IMG/VR virus record: IMGVR_UViG_3300027804_000053
Strand: one strand, 5' to 3'
Length of the DNA: 34,838 nt
DNA from: a virus
Taxonomy: Duplodnaviria; Heunggongvirae; Uroviricota; Caudoviricetes
The first letter of the stretch is position 1, and every line of letters starts with the position of its first letter. Shown piece by piece: positions 7,601-16,504 of this stretch. Made by a program: the position numbers and the translations under genes. A model generated the notes under the pieces. That model searched no databases. It was not told the origin of the DNA and saw nothing but the letters and a program-made list of their open reading frames with translations.

Positions 7601-9820
7601 TTTCGGAGGTTTAATATCATATTCAAAATAACCCTTAATCTTCTCAATCATTTTTTCCATTTTATCTATTCTTTTTTCACCATGGAAAAACAATATTTTT
7701 TCTTTGGATTCAGGTGCTCGAAGCCAATTTCCTAAATGATTTCTTACATCTTCTCCTAAAAATTCTACTTCTGTATACATTTTATCTACAATCTCTGGAC
7801 CACCGTTCACGTAGATATATGGAAGACCATCAAATATTTTATGTTTGTAAGTCAGAACATTCATAATTGTTTCTTCATTGTACGCGGCGTACCAAGAAGT
7901 ATTTTTTAATACTTTTGGATGAGTACAGTACCAATACCACTCCTCAAGGAAATCTAAGGATTTTTGACCAGCAACAAAATACCCTGTTTGTCTATATTTT
8001 TGTCTAACATATTGGTCAATGTTGAATAATTCACAAGCGGGGGCCTCTAATGTATTGCTAAGGTCATCCATGGACTCGGCACCACCTCTACCATTGAGAA
8101 ACATCCAATCATAAATTCCTTCAACAAAGAAAGGATATGTGGTTTCTTCATTATACATGTCAAAAATGGAATCAATGTATGGAGTTGCGATAGAATCACT
8201 ATCGATATAAACAGCGGTTTGAACAAAATTTTCAAGAGCGTGTTTAACAGCGTTAATTCGTTGAATTAATATATTATAAATGGTGGAATTACTTCTATCG
8301 ATATAAAAATTTTCACCATCAGAGTTATACATCGGTTCAGAGGATTTAGGTAAATTTACATCCCACCGAATTGTCGTTGTATTTTCAACATTTACCTTTT
8401 TGTCTGAGTTCAACATGTAAACAAAAATTGGATACTTACTAAACTCTCTAACAGAACGAGCCGAAGTTTGAACAATATCGAAATATTTTTCATTTGCTAA
8501 ATAGACATAACCTCTTTGATGAACTAAACTTTTCCAAAATACATCTTTCATTATGGAATCATAATTTTGAATTTTGTTTTCATTATCAGAATAACTTAAC
8601 GTCTGAGTAAAAATCATCGGGATTGTAATTCCAAAATCAAAAACTTTGTGACCTGCTCCGTGACGGAATCTAAATTGAGAGTTTGTTGAATCATTCAAAA
8701 ACATATCAATGGTACATTTGTAAAGGTAATGGCTCGGGTCAAGATAGTTCTTCATTTGGTCTACATAATGTTCTATAAAATTTCTTTTATAAAAAAGAGA
8801 TTGGGAACATAACATTTCTTTAAAAGAACCATCCGTTTCTGAGTTGGGGTATATTTTGCTTCTCGGGAGTAGTTTAATTCCAAGCGCTAAAACATCGTAT
8901 CTTTCAACCGATTCATGCCAATTATCAAATATCTTATCTAATTGTTTTTCGGTTACTCCGTCCATCAATTTCAAATCGTCTTCAAAAATCAAAATATTTT
9001 GCATATCTGAATCAAGAAAATCTTGGAATATGTTCATATATGCTTGTGTACAACCTAATTTCTTGTATTCTTCATTCTCCATTACAACACCATCCACAAA
9101 TTCGAAACCACTGAAATTTAATTCTGTTAATGTTTTTTCAATATTAATCCTTCTATCATTTCTTTCGGGTAAATTGATTACACAACCTCTGTCTGCAATT
9201 TTTTTACCTTTGTAAAAAAGACCTGATACTTTGTGTAAAACAATATCCTCTTCCAATCTTTCAATTGTGTAATTGGGTAAATTCTTTATTAGTTTTTCAA
9301 GCTCCTCTTTGTTTGAGGACTCATTATATTCGAACATAATCTTGTTTGCGTAAAGACTTGGGTTTTTTTCACAATATTCAAAATAATTTTTTAGTATCAC
9401 GTGGTCATAACCTTCAGTGTCAATTTTAACGTAACCGACACTCTTTACTTCATTTTCGTTAATGATTGTATTCCAGTCGATTGTTGGCACTTTTTTAATT
9501 TTTACGATACTATCATAAAAATCAGGACCCAACTTGTTTCTAGTAAATTCGTGAGGTTTATTAACTGAGTTACATCCTTTTACCCAAATAGGTAAGTTAT
9601 TCTTAATGATGTCTTCAGGTTCAATTAAATAAATTTCTATTTCTCCGTTTTCATTAGAGACTGCGGCATTAATTTTTTTTACATTTTTTTTATTGGGTAA
9701 TCTGTTCAAATAATATTCTATTGGTTCAATACTTAATCCAACAGTATTGTCAGTTGATTGTTCTATTAGGGTGTGAAAATCGGATGTTCCAATTTCAATG
9801 AAATTAAAATGTTTTTTCAT
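4667..9820 (-). CDS. 1717-aa multidomain glycan-modifying enzyme: FkbM MTase + GT25-like + GT8/GT77-like GT-A + polysaccharide pyruvyltransferase + GT4 + TibC/Aah-like O-heptosyltransferase
   Basis: FIEIGTSD...KIDTEGYD (FkbM); VINLPERNDRR...LGC...ILIFEDD (GT25); YVYLANEKY...AVYIDSD (GT-A DxD); NWGD...AVRGPLTR...GDPGLL...SSSLHGLIAADAYGIP (pyruvyltransferase); HLSTGG...GKNQ...AADVFMFNSTWECNPLVLREA (GT4); SKSLGDTISW...CNGCWN...WCP...FEC (BAHT). Confidence 0.85.
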   Translation of the reverse strand: MKKHFNFIEIGTSDFHTLIEQSTDNTVGLSIEPIEYYLNRLPNKKNVKKINAAVSNENGEIEIYLIEPEDIIKNNLPIWVKGCNSVNKPHEFTRNKLGPDFYDSIVKIKKVPTIDWNTIINENEVKSVGYVKIDTEGYDHVILKNYFEYCEKNPSLYANKIMFEYNESSNKEELEKLIKNLPNYTIERLEEDIVLHKVSGLFYKGKKIADRGCVINLPERNDRRINIEKTLTELNFSGFEFVDGVVMENEEYKKLGCTQAYMNIFQDFLDSDMQNILIFEDDLKLMDGVTEKQLDKIFDNWHESVERYDVLALGIKLLPRSKIYPNSETDGSFKEMLCSQSLFYKRNFIEHYVDQMKNYLDPSHYLYKCTIDMFLNDSTNSQFRFRHGAGHKVFDFGITIPMIFTQTLSYSDNENKIQNYDSIMKDVFWKSLVHQRGYVYLANEKYFDIVQTSARSVREFSKYPIFVYMLNSDKKVNVENTTTIRWDVNLPKSSEPMYNSDGENFYIDRSNSTIYNILIQRINAVKHALENFVQTAVYIDSDSIATPYIDSIFDMYNEETTYPFFVEGIYDWMFLNGRGGAESMDDLSNTLEAPACELFNIDQYVRQKYRQTGYFVAGQKSLDFLEEWYWYCTHPKVLKNTSWYAAYNEETIMNVLTYKHKIFDGLPYIYVNGGPEIVDKMYTEVEFLGEDVRNHLGNWLRAPESKEKILFFHGEKRIDKMEKMIEKIKGYFEYDIKPPKNWGDIISHKVIQHFSGQKIYSSDVFHFDPDARVPFLEGKLLAAGSILMYSLPTDYVWGSGCIKENEVGLPPKKYYAVRGPLTRNELLKVNRECPEVYGDPGLLFPRIYNPDIEKKYKYGVIPHYIDFRHPETLKCLKKLKEMGAKIINITAGLYEFVDQLKEVEFVISSSLHGLIAADAYGIPNSRIYFSNNINGGDFKYMDYYYSVNRHYETPKTITYENAEQLINELVFDLGDTSIADKLLESAPWNDPSCILFNSNKKMRLLFVAPHLSTGGMPGFLLKKIQLLKQYYPEIKIYVVEYQSYGDAYVVQRNQIIDIVDRGNFWTLGPDKSELIRIIKSNEIDIVHVQEMIEGFDSFNQMPPEIMSQLYSNDRTWKMVETCHNVWFNHEEHKIFYPEAFAFCTPYHKDVTFKNVPSYSENIEFPIEKKIFTEEERIAARRELGFGKDKIHVINVGLWTKGKNQGEGVEIARLLRKTNPEIVFHFIGNQASNFKDYWGPIMKNLPMNVKVWGERADVDTFMKAADVFMFNSTWECNPLVLREAISYGLKVLCRNLPQYMDMFTPYIEPIDENIETTKEKLLSLIKEDVKYKTPQGQEEIFASKYSDFYKKVLDLPVREQYFKTKLSVTQYFINQPFIEIKGKSENKFKIQFFDEKGVLHYENHLAINSWVKLNRQYFTRWTTKVWENDNLVYENTLNYEGKRVYIAFDSKSLGDTISWVPYAEEFRKVHNCEVVVSTFWNHLFESVYPDLKFVHPGTTVNGIHGMYKLGWFYNVDMQPTKPNLIPLQQTATDILGLEYKEIQPKIHYEIKERPYAEKYVTIATNSTAGCKFWTREGWQETINYLTSLGYKVVNVSKENNPFENQIRITDTSMENTMNVIHHSEFFIGLSSGLSWLAWGMGKHVVMISNFTTPDHEFQSNCTRIINLSVCNGCWNKPEFTFDKGDWDWCPVHKGTERHFECHKSITSDMLIKQIQHLL

Positions 9821-10761
9821 TTTTCTATTGTATTCATTATTTTATTGTAAACCTGTAAAACATTAGGGTGACAAAGGAATGTTTGATAATTTTCTAAACA
9901 ACCAACAAGAGAAGGAATCCCTCTTACTGACTCCCAATATTTTACACCATATTTCATGTCAGAAGCACAAGCTATTTTGCATTCACCTGAAATATAGTCA
10001 TATTTGTAGTTTTGTAATCCATTCCTGAAGGGTGCTCTGAGTTTGTAATCTACCGAACTACCTAATTGAAAGATATGGGCATCAGTTGTTCCAGCTAAAT
10101 GAAGCATTCCCGAATCCATCGTTACAACACCAACTGATTTTTCCATTAACCACCAAGTCTGAGATAAATTAGCATTGTTGAGTAAATTTAAACCTAGTTC
10201 AATAGGGAAATCAAAAACCGGTTTTTGCACATTTGAATTTCCAATTTCACTTGAATCCTTTCCAACCGAGACTACACCAATTCCCGAATCGTTCAACATA
10301 TTGGTTAAAAGTGTCCAATTTTGTTTTGACCAAGTTCTCGATGCCCAAGTTTGTACTGGATGAATTACCACAAACCTTTCGGGTAAATTTTCGATAGTAA
10401 TAAATTTATCAGGAAAAAAATCCATGTCCATATCTTCGGGAAGGAGTTGAAATCCTAAACCTGAGGCATGGAATTGTCTAATGTCAAATTGATTGTGTCT
10501 TAAACTTATTCCAAACTTATTTTCAATGTTCGGATAAAAACTTGTGAGAACTTCGTAATTTTCAGAAATAATATCTCTATTACTATTTTCAGTAAAATAC
10601 AGTTCACTAACGTATGGACTATTTTTAAAAACGTCAGGATGAACCGTTAATACCGCAATCTTTTTCCCATAAGAATTATATAATTTTCTAAGAGATGGAG
10701 TTGCACAAATAGTGTCACCTAAACCTCTTGCAAGGGATAAATCTAAGCATACCTCTTTCAT
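9817..10761 (-). CDS. GT9 (heptosyltransferase-like) glycosyltransferase
   Basis: GLGDTICATPSLRKL, VVIHP...RTWS, LSQTWWLMEKSVGVVTMDSGMLHLAG; Cys cluster at the C-terminus. Confidence 0.8.
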   Translation of the reverse strand: MKEVCLDLSLARGLGDTICATPSLRKLYNSYGKKIAVLTVHPDVFKNSPYVSELYFTENSNRDIISENYEVLTSFYPNIENKFGISLRHNQFDIRQFHASGLGFQLLPEDMDMDFFPDKFITIENLPERFVVIHPVQTWASRTWSKQNWTLLTNMLNDSGIGVVSVGKDSSEIGNSNVQKPVFDFPIELGLNLLNNANLSQTWWLMEKSVGVVTMDSGMLHLAGTTDAHIFQLGSSVDYKLRAPFRNGLQNYKYDYISGECKIACASDMKYGVKYWESVRGIPSLVGCLENYQTFLCHPNVLQVYNKIMNTIEK

Positions 10762-10766
10762 CCCTT

Positions 10767-10774
10767 CAAAAATA
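10767..10774 (-). promoter_or_regulatory. Bacteroidota-type -7 element (TATTTTTG)
   Basis: The minus strand reads TATTTTTG-aaggg-ATG(10761), matching TAnnTTTG. No properly spaced -33 TTTG was seen. Confidence 0.45.
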
Positions 10775-10844
10775 ATTAAAATAACAACAAAATCTATATG
10801 GACCGAACTGATTTATGAAAATTAAACATCAGTTGTGTAATAAA

Positions 10845-11024
10845 TTAATCTTTGGAAATTTTGGTTTTTTCTTTCCCATTATAAAGTCTAAGAAGTTTCA
10901 AGGAATCCTTGTAGTGTTTTTCCAACCTATCCAATTCTTCGATGGGCGTATTTGTTTCACAAGCCAAATTATATTGTTCTTCAGCCTCTTGTATTATCTT
11001 CTTTATTGTTTTGAGAAGTTTCAT
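10845..11024 (-). CDS. small hypothetical protein, 59 aa (below the ORF-track cutoff)
   Basis: Manual translation: MKLLKTIKKIIQEAEEQYNLACETNTPIEELDRLEKHYKDSLKLLRLYNGKEKTKISKD*. It is preceded by TATTTATA-N4 and fills the gap between divergent units. Confidence 0.7.
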   Translation of the reverse strand: MKLLKTIKKIIQEAEEQYNLACETNTPIEELDRLEKHYKDSLKLLRLYNGKEKTKISKD

Positions 11025-11028
11025 ATCC

Positions 11029-11036
11029 TATAAATA
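11029..11036 (-). promoter_or_regulatory. putative phage promoter motif TATTTATA
   Basis: Lies 4 nt upstream of ATG 11024 on the minus strand; same motif as at 18730. Confidence 0.5.
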
Positions 11037-11108
11037 TTGTCAATTCCTTCCTTTATTTACCAAGTTAAGAAATTATATTTTGAAGTGTATAAAAACATTG
11101 GAACGGGT

Positions 11109-11116
11109 TATTTATA
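11109..11116 (+). promoter_or_regulatory. putative phage promoter motif TATTTATA
   Basis: Lies 19 nt upstream of ATG 11136, at the head of the structural gene block. Confidence 0.45.
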
Positions 11117-11135
11117 AGGTAAGAGCAAATTTATA

Positions 11136-14100
11136 ATGGCAGGATTTTGGGTATTTTCAGGTGATAGTTGTACAGATGGTCTGAACTACGAGTTATGGGA
11201 CAATTTTCCCACTGCTGGTACAGTCACAGTAGGTGCTGTATATAGTGGAATATCTGGAGATTTTTACACTGTTACGTATAGTGGAAATACTGGTACTAAC
11301 ACTGGTATTTTTGTTGATACCTCTGTAGATTATGGGACATGTCCTGTGACTCCTACTCCAACAGAAACTACAACACCTACTGTAACACCTACTACTTGGG
11401 GTGGTTGTATTGTATGGGACGACGATGTATATGATACCATAAACTCACCTTGTGGAATTGGAAACACTGATACGAGAAGAAGAATACAACTTCAATTGTT
11501 AGATAGTCCGGGAGGAAATCAAATTCCTGCACCTACCAACATAACTGTTGTATTTTCCGCCACTTCAACAAGCACTTGTCCTGACTACAACGGAACCGTA
11601 TATTATAATACAGGAATCCTTGCTGGAAACAGCACTAATCTCTTTGTATATGTTCAAAACGGATATGACACATGCCCAACAGATTCGATTTGTACGAGTT
11701 TCAATGTAAGTACTCTTAGTTTAGGTATTTCAGGAATTACACCTTCTCAGTTCCAAGTCTGTGCTGATGTGACCCCGACTCCAACTTCAAGCGAAACACC
11801 AACTGAAACTCCCACCCAAACAGAAACCCCATCTCAAACTCCTACACCTTCAACAACTGCAACAATTGGATTAACACCTACGGCGACCGAAACCCAAACA
11901 CCCACACAAACTGAAACACCGAGTCAAACTCCTTCCGTAACTCCAACTGAGACACCTACACAAACTGCAACGGAAACCCCTACACAAACTGCAACTCAAA
12001 CACCCACATTCACCGAGACGCCTACTCAGACTTCTAATGACACTCCGACTCAAACACCTACACAAACTGAAACACCAACGCAAACCTCTACCGACACTCC
12101 AACTCAAACGCCTACACAAACTGAAACACCTACACAAACTCCAACTGAAACTCCAACTCAGACTGCAACTCCATCAACTACGGCAACAATAGGTTCCACG
12201 CCTACACAAACTCCAACGGAAACCCCTACGGAAACACCAACTCAAACTGCAAGTGAGACCCCAACGGAAACCCCAACTCAGACTGCGAGCGAGACACCTA
12301 CTGAAACTCCAACGCAAACAGAAACACCAACTCAAACTCCAACACCTGGTAATTCACCAACTCCAACACAAACAGAAACTCCAACAGAGACTCCTACTGA
12401 AACCCCAACTCAGACTGCGAGTGAGACACCTACTGAAACTCCAACGCAAACCGAGACGCCTACACAAACTCCGACACCTAATAGTACCCTAACACCTACA
12501 GCTACAGAAACTCCAACAGAGACTCCAACAGCAACAGAGACAGCCACACAAACTCCTTCCGAAACACCTACTGAAACCCCAACACAGACTGCAAGTGAGA
12601 CACCAACACAAACTCCAACTAATACAGAAACTCCAACTCAGACTGCAAGTGAGACGCCAACCCAAACCCAAACACCAACCCAAACGTTGACTCCTGAGTT
12701 AGTTATTCAATTTAGAGAGTGTGATTCGAACTTTGTATTCCGTTTTGCGGGTAGTCCGATGCCTTATCTCCCTGTTGATTCAGTTTATTTGATTGAGGGT
12801 AGTTTGGATTTCTCAGGTTGCGCCACTGTCGTATCATACACTTCAGAAGGTCCCCTTTATAATTCTGCTGGAGTTACATTTACTGAAATTGATTACTGTG
12901 GTAATACGACTTACTGTCCAAGAACTGATAGAAAGGCTGCACAACTTGCAAGATGTAGGGATGGTCTGTTGAGTTATTTCATGGTGGATGTAGACACGGC
13001 ATTTCAATACGGTGTTTATTTCTATCAAGGAGATTGTTGGAAATTTGTGAGATTTGATGGACCTGGTGGTCCGTACCTTGGTTCACCAAGTTATTTTGAT
13101 TGTGAAGATACGGCATGTATACCAACACCAACACCAACCGTAACGCCAAGAGAAACGCCAACTCACACTCCAACACCTTCACCAACACCAAGTGCATGTA
13201 CATATTCTACTTTCTGTTTTAGAACGACTTTACCTGAGTTGGAAGACTATAGTGGAAATTATACAGAATACGGATATATCTACAACACTCAATTAACATA
13301 TTCAGGTGATGGAATTAACACCGGTGTAATTTATTATTTTACTTCTTCAACTGAAAGTTATTGGTGTTTGAGTGATTCACTTGGAGGCTCCTGTTTGTTA
13401 AGAGGCGCATCTCCTTGTAATTCCAACTGTCCTGATGTAAGTGGAAACTTCTTCACTTCAGGTGTTTGTCCTACACCTACACCTTCACCATCTGCCTGCA
13501 CAATTGACTTTGTTGCATATTTCGATTGTGATTGGGAACCTATACCAACACCTAGCCCGTCAGTACCGTGTGATGACGTTGATTTTGATTTTAACAGTTT
13601 TGGATTGACTCCAACACCTACATCAACAAATCCATGTACAGGAAAAGCCGTGGAATTCCAATTATATGAGTCCACACCTACACCAACACCAACTAACACT
13701 ACAACACCAACTAGCTCAAGAGTTTATGAACCTCTGGGTGGAAAAGTCTCATTCGAAATTTTTGATTCACCAATCTCTTGTCCTGAGGTGGCCATTCTAA
13801 AAGAATGTACTCAAGGAACAGATTTCTATTTCTGTGCACTAAATCAATTGGTATATAACGGTCTTGTTGTGGAACCTGGTACAATAATGAATGCAATCAT
13901 CAATGGACAGTATGTTTGCGTTGAATATATTGGTAATCGTTCTAACACTTCATCAAATTCTGTAATAACCTCTATTATTAACCTTTATTCAGATTGTCAG
14001 AGCTGTGTTGTCTTCCCAACACCAACAGTAACTCTTACTCCTACTCAAACTCAAACACCTTCTAATACTGCAACACCCACCCAAACTGCGACAGTAACAC

Positions 14101-14957
14101 CGACCACAACAACTACAAGAACACCAGGTTTGACCCCTGACCCAACTACATCAATAACACCGACAAATACGGCTTCAAATACTCCAACTCCGTCTTATAC
14201 TCAGACACCAACGCCAACAAATTTGCAAAAGTATTATGTGTTTACCCTTTGTCCTAATCAAGAAAGTACAATAAGGTTTAATAGATTATTCCAAACTTCA
14301 TCATTAACGGTTCCAATTCTTCCAACCAAAGTATTCACCGATGACAATGGTTTGTGTTGGACATATGAAGGATTTACAACAGCGATTGTTCCAAATCCAA
14401 ATTACGTTGACTTGATTTGGCAAGACAATTATTTCGGTACCGCGGGAGAATTACAATCAGACACTTGTGACGAGTGCCTTACAACATCTACAAAGATAAA
14501 TCTTCAACTTCAGGTTTTACCGAGCTTCGAGGGATATATTCCAAGTGGGGCGACAACAACATTCGATAGTCCAAATTTTGGAGTCTCTTTTTATGATGGA
14601 ATTGACCCAAATAATGGAACATTGTTCTACCCACCATCTGATGTGTTGAACGATGGTGTAATTGTATCCAATTTGATTACCTTAATTGGTTCAGACCCAT
14701 ATTCGATATCCAAGCTAGCTGTCGGAGTAATACACGGAAGATTTTTCTCGAAAGCAAATGTTGTTGTCAAAGCATACATAAATGGAGTTTTAGCAAGCCA
14801 AGTAACACAACTTATTGAGGGAAATAGCGAAAACTTTGGAATTCAAATTGGAGGTTTGTTCGAACAAATAAACTGTGTATCAAACCCGTGTTTGAGAGAA
14901 TTAAATAGAGGAGACATATTACTTATAACGGTAGAACAAAATTCAGAAATAGGATAA
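11136..14957 (+). CDS. 1273-aa Thr/Pro-rich, Cys-rich putative virion structural protein
   Basis: Long (TPTQTETP)-type mucin-like tracts (about 11770-12700, plus shorter ones) separate Cys-rich beta-type domains; no enzyme motif recognised. Confidence 0.75.
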   Translation: MAGFWVFSGDSCTDGLNYELWDNFPTAGTVTVGAVYSGISGDFYTVTYSGNTGTNTGIFVDTSVDYGTCPVTPTPTETTTPTVTPTTWGGCIVWDDDVYDTINSPCGIGNTDTRRRIQLQLLDSPGGNQIPAPTNITVVFSATSTSTCPDYNGTVYYNTGILAGNSTNLFVYVQNGYDTCPTDSICTSFNVSTLSLGISGITPSQFQVCADVTPTPTSSETPTETPTQTETPSQTPTPSTTATIGLTPTATETQTPTQTETPSQTPSVTPTETPTQTATETPTQTATQTPTFTETPTQTSNDTPTQTPTQTETPTQTSTDTPTQTPTQTETPTQTPTETPTQTATPSTTATIGSTPTQTPTETPTETPTQTASETPTETPTQTASETPTETPTQTETPTQTPTPGNSPTPTQTETPTETPTETPTQTASETPTETPTQTETPTQTPTPNSTLTPTATETPTETPTATETATQTPSETPTETPTQTASETPTQTPTNTETPTQTASETPTQTQTPTQTLTPELVIQFRECDSNFVFRFAGSPMPYLPVDSVYLIEGSLDFSGCATVVSYTSEGPLYNSAGVTFTEIDYCGNTTYCPRTDRKAAQLARCRDGLLSYFMVDVDTAFQYGVYFYQGDCWKFVRFDGPGGPYLGSPSYFDCEDTACIPTPTPTVTPRETPTHTPTPSPTPSACTYSTFCFRTTLPELEDYSGNYTEYGYIYNTQLTYSGDGINTGVIYYFTSSTESYWCLSDSLGGSCLLRGASPCNSNCPDVSGNFFTSGVCPTPTPSPSACTIDFVAYFDCDWEPIPTPSPSVPCDDVDFDFNSFGLTPTPTSTNPCTGKAVEFQLYESTPTPTPTNTTTPTSSRVYEPLGGKVSFEIFDSPISCPEVAILKECTQGTDFYFCALNQLVYNGLVVEPGTIMNAIINGQYVCVEYIGNRSNTSSNSVITSIINLYSDCQSCVVFPTPTVTLTPTQTQTPSNTATPTQTATVTPTTTTTRTPGLTPDPTTSITPTNTASNTPTPSYTQTPTPTNLQKYYVFTLCPNQESTIRFNRLFQTSSLTVPILPTKVFTDDNGLCWTYEGFTTAIVPNPNYVDLIWQDNYFGTAGELQSDTCDECLTTSTKINLQLQVLPSFEGYIPSGATTTFDSPNFGVSFYDGIDPNNGTLFYPPSDVLNDGVIVSNLITLIGSDPYSISKLAVGVIHGRFFSKANVVVKAYINGVLASQVTQLIEGNSENFGIQIGGLFEQINCVSNPCLRELNRGDILLITVEQNSEIG

Positions 14958-15173
14958 ATGGCACTTACAATAACCATATCATCAATAACTGGCACGTCAC
15001 CTTACAATGTATATCTCTGTGAAGGGGATGGTACTGGATGTTTTTATATAAATCAGATTTCATCCACACCTTATACATTTGACATACCCGCACCTTATGA
15101 TACATCAACTTCATATATGGTAAAAATAGTAGATGCTGTAGGTTGTATTATAACTTCCACCCAATCATTATGA
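14958..15173 (+). CDS. 71-aa small beta-domain protein, paralogous to the N-terminus of the next gene
   Basis: ITISSITGTSPYNVYLC...PYTFDIPAPYD...KIVDAVGC; abuts the previous stop and overlaps the next gene by ATGA. Confidence 0.75.
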   Translation: MALTITISSITGTSPYNVYLCEGDGTGCFYINQISSTPYTFDIPAPYDTSTSYMVKIVDAVGCIITSTQSL

Positions 15174-16471
15174 GCCAACAAGTAACCATAACATCAGTAA
15201 CTGCAAACACCCCGGTAAACATATATTATTGTGATTCACTCAGTGCTTCTTGCGTTTTTGTTTCTAGTGTGGCTACATTCCCATTTGTTTTTGACGTACC
15301 AGCACCCTACGATGAGCAAAATTTCGTTATTAAAATTGAGGACACACAGGGATGTGAATATTATGAATTAGTTCCTATTACACCCACACCGACAGGACAG
15401 GTGACACCAACACCAACGGTTTCACCAACACGAACTTCCACGGTTACACCAACGAATACACCTTCAAACTCACAAACACCCTCTCAAACAGGAACCCCAA
15501 CACAAACACCGACCTCAACAATCGTTGTGTATCCTCCAGTTGAACCAACAAATAATGTTGTTCAACACCAAATTGGACAAAGTGTTGGTTGTGACTCCTC
15601 AAATGCCTGTGCAGACGTTCTTACCACACAAAAACTTTATAACTATACAGTCGATGCTACAGTTGAACCTGTCTTGGGTGTTACAATATACTCAACGTAT
15701 TACAATTCTGTTTTGTACAATCAATACAACGGTGGAAACAATTGGATTTTGATGAGTTGGATAAATGGAACCTATGCGGTTTTAATTTCCCCACAGGGAA
15801 TCATTGAAGATTTTGTTCTTTGTCAAGAAAATCCAACTCCTTCACCAACAAAAACACCAACTTCCACACCAACTAATACACCAACTAAGACCTCAACTCC
15901 AACGAACACACAAACCTCTACACAAACACCAACTCCGAGTGTGACTGAAGGTTTAACACCAACAACAACTGAAACACCTACTCAAACACCAACTCAAACT
16001 TCTACAGAGACACCAACTCAAACACAAACGCAGACACAAACACCAACTCAAACGACAACACCTTCAACTACAGCAACTATAGGTTCTTCACCAACACCTA
16101 CCGAAACACCAAGTCAGACTCCAACACAAACGCCAACTACAACTACAACCCTTACAGCGACACCAACACAAACGCCAACTACAACTACAACCCTTACAGC
16201 GACACCAACACAAACGCCAACTACAACTCCAACCCTTACAGCAACACCAACACAAACTGAAACATCAACTCAAACTCCAACACCTTCACCCATAACTTGT
16301 ACACAATGGATAAATCTGTCAGGTATTGATGCTTTTTATGATTGGAACGATTGTGATGGAACATTACATTTGAATCAAGCGATTCCGAATAATATTTCTA
16401 TTTGTGCTCAAGACGGTACAGTGTCTTTCCAATCAGGAGGGGTGCTAACTGCACAAAGTAGTTGTACATAA
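15170..16471 (+). CDS. Thr/Pro-rich putative virion protein (start revised to ATG 15170)
   Basis: ATGA overlap with the upstream stop gives MSQQVTITSVTANTPVNIYYC; contains two TP-rich tracts. Confidence 0.75.
   Translation: MSQQVTITSVTANTPVNIYYCDSLSASCVFVSSVATFPFVFDVPAPYDEQNFVIKIEDTQGCEYYELVPITPTPTGQVTPTPTVSPTRTSTVTPTNTPSNSQTPSQTGTPTQTPTSTIVVYPPVEPTNNVVQHQIGQSVGCDSSNACADVLTTQKLYNYTVDATVEPVLGVTIYSTYYNSVLYNQYNGGNNWILMSWINGTYAVLISPQGIIEDFVLCQENPTPSPTKTPTSTPTNTPTKTSTPTNTQTSTQTPTPSVTEGLTPTTTETPTQTPTQTSTETPTQTQTQTQTPTQTTTPSTTATIGSSPTPTETPSQTPTQTPTTTTTLTATPTQTPTTTTTLTATPTQTPTTTPTLTATPTQTETSTQTPTPSPITCTQWINLSGIDAFYDWNDCDGTLHLNQAIPNNISICAQDGTVSFQSGGVLTAQSSCT
16121..16257 (+). repeat. 42-nt tandem repeat, about 3 copies (PTQTPTTTTTLTAT)
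   Basis: ccaacacaaacgccaactacaactacaacccttacagcgaca begins at 16121, 16163 and 16205. Confidence 0.85.
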
Positions 16472-16504
16472 AAAAAATGAAACTATAATTATAGAATATA
16501 AAAA

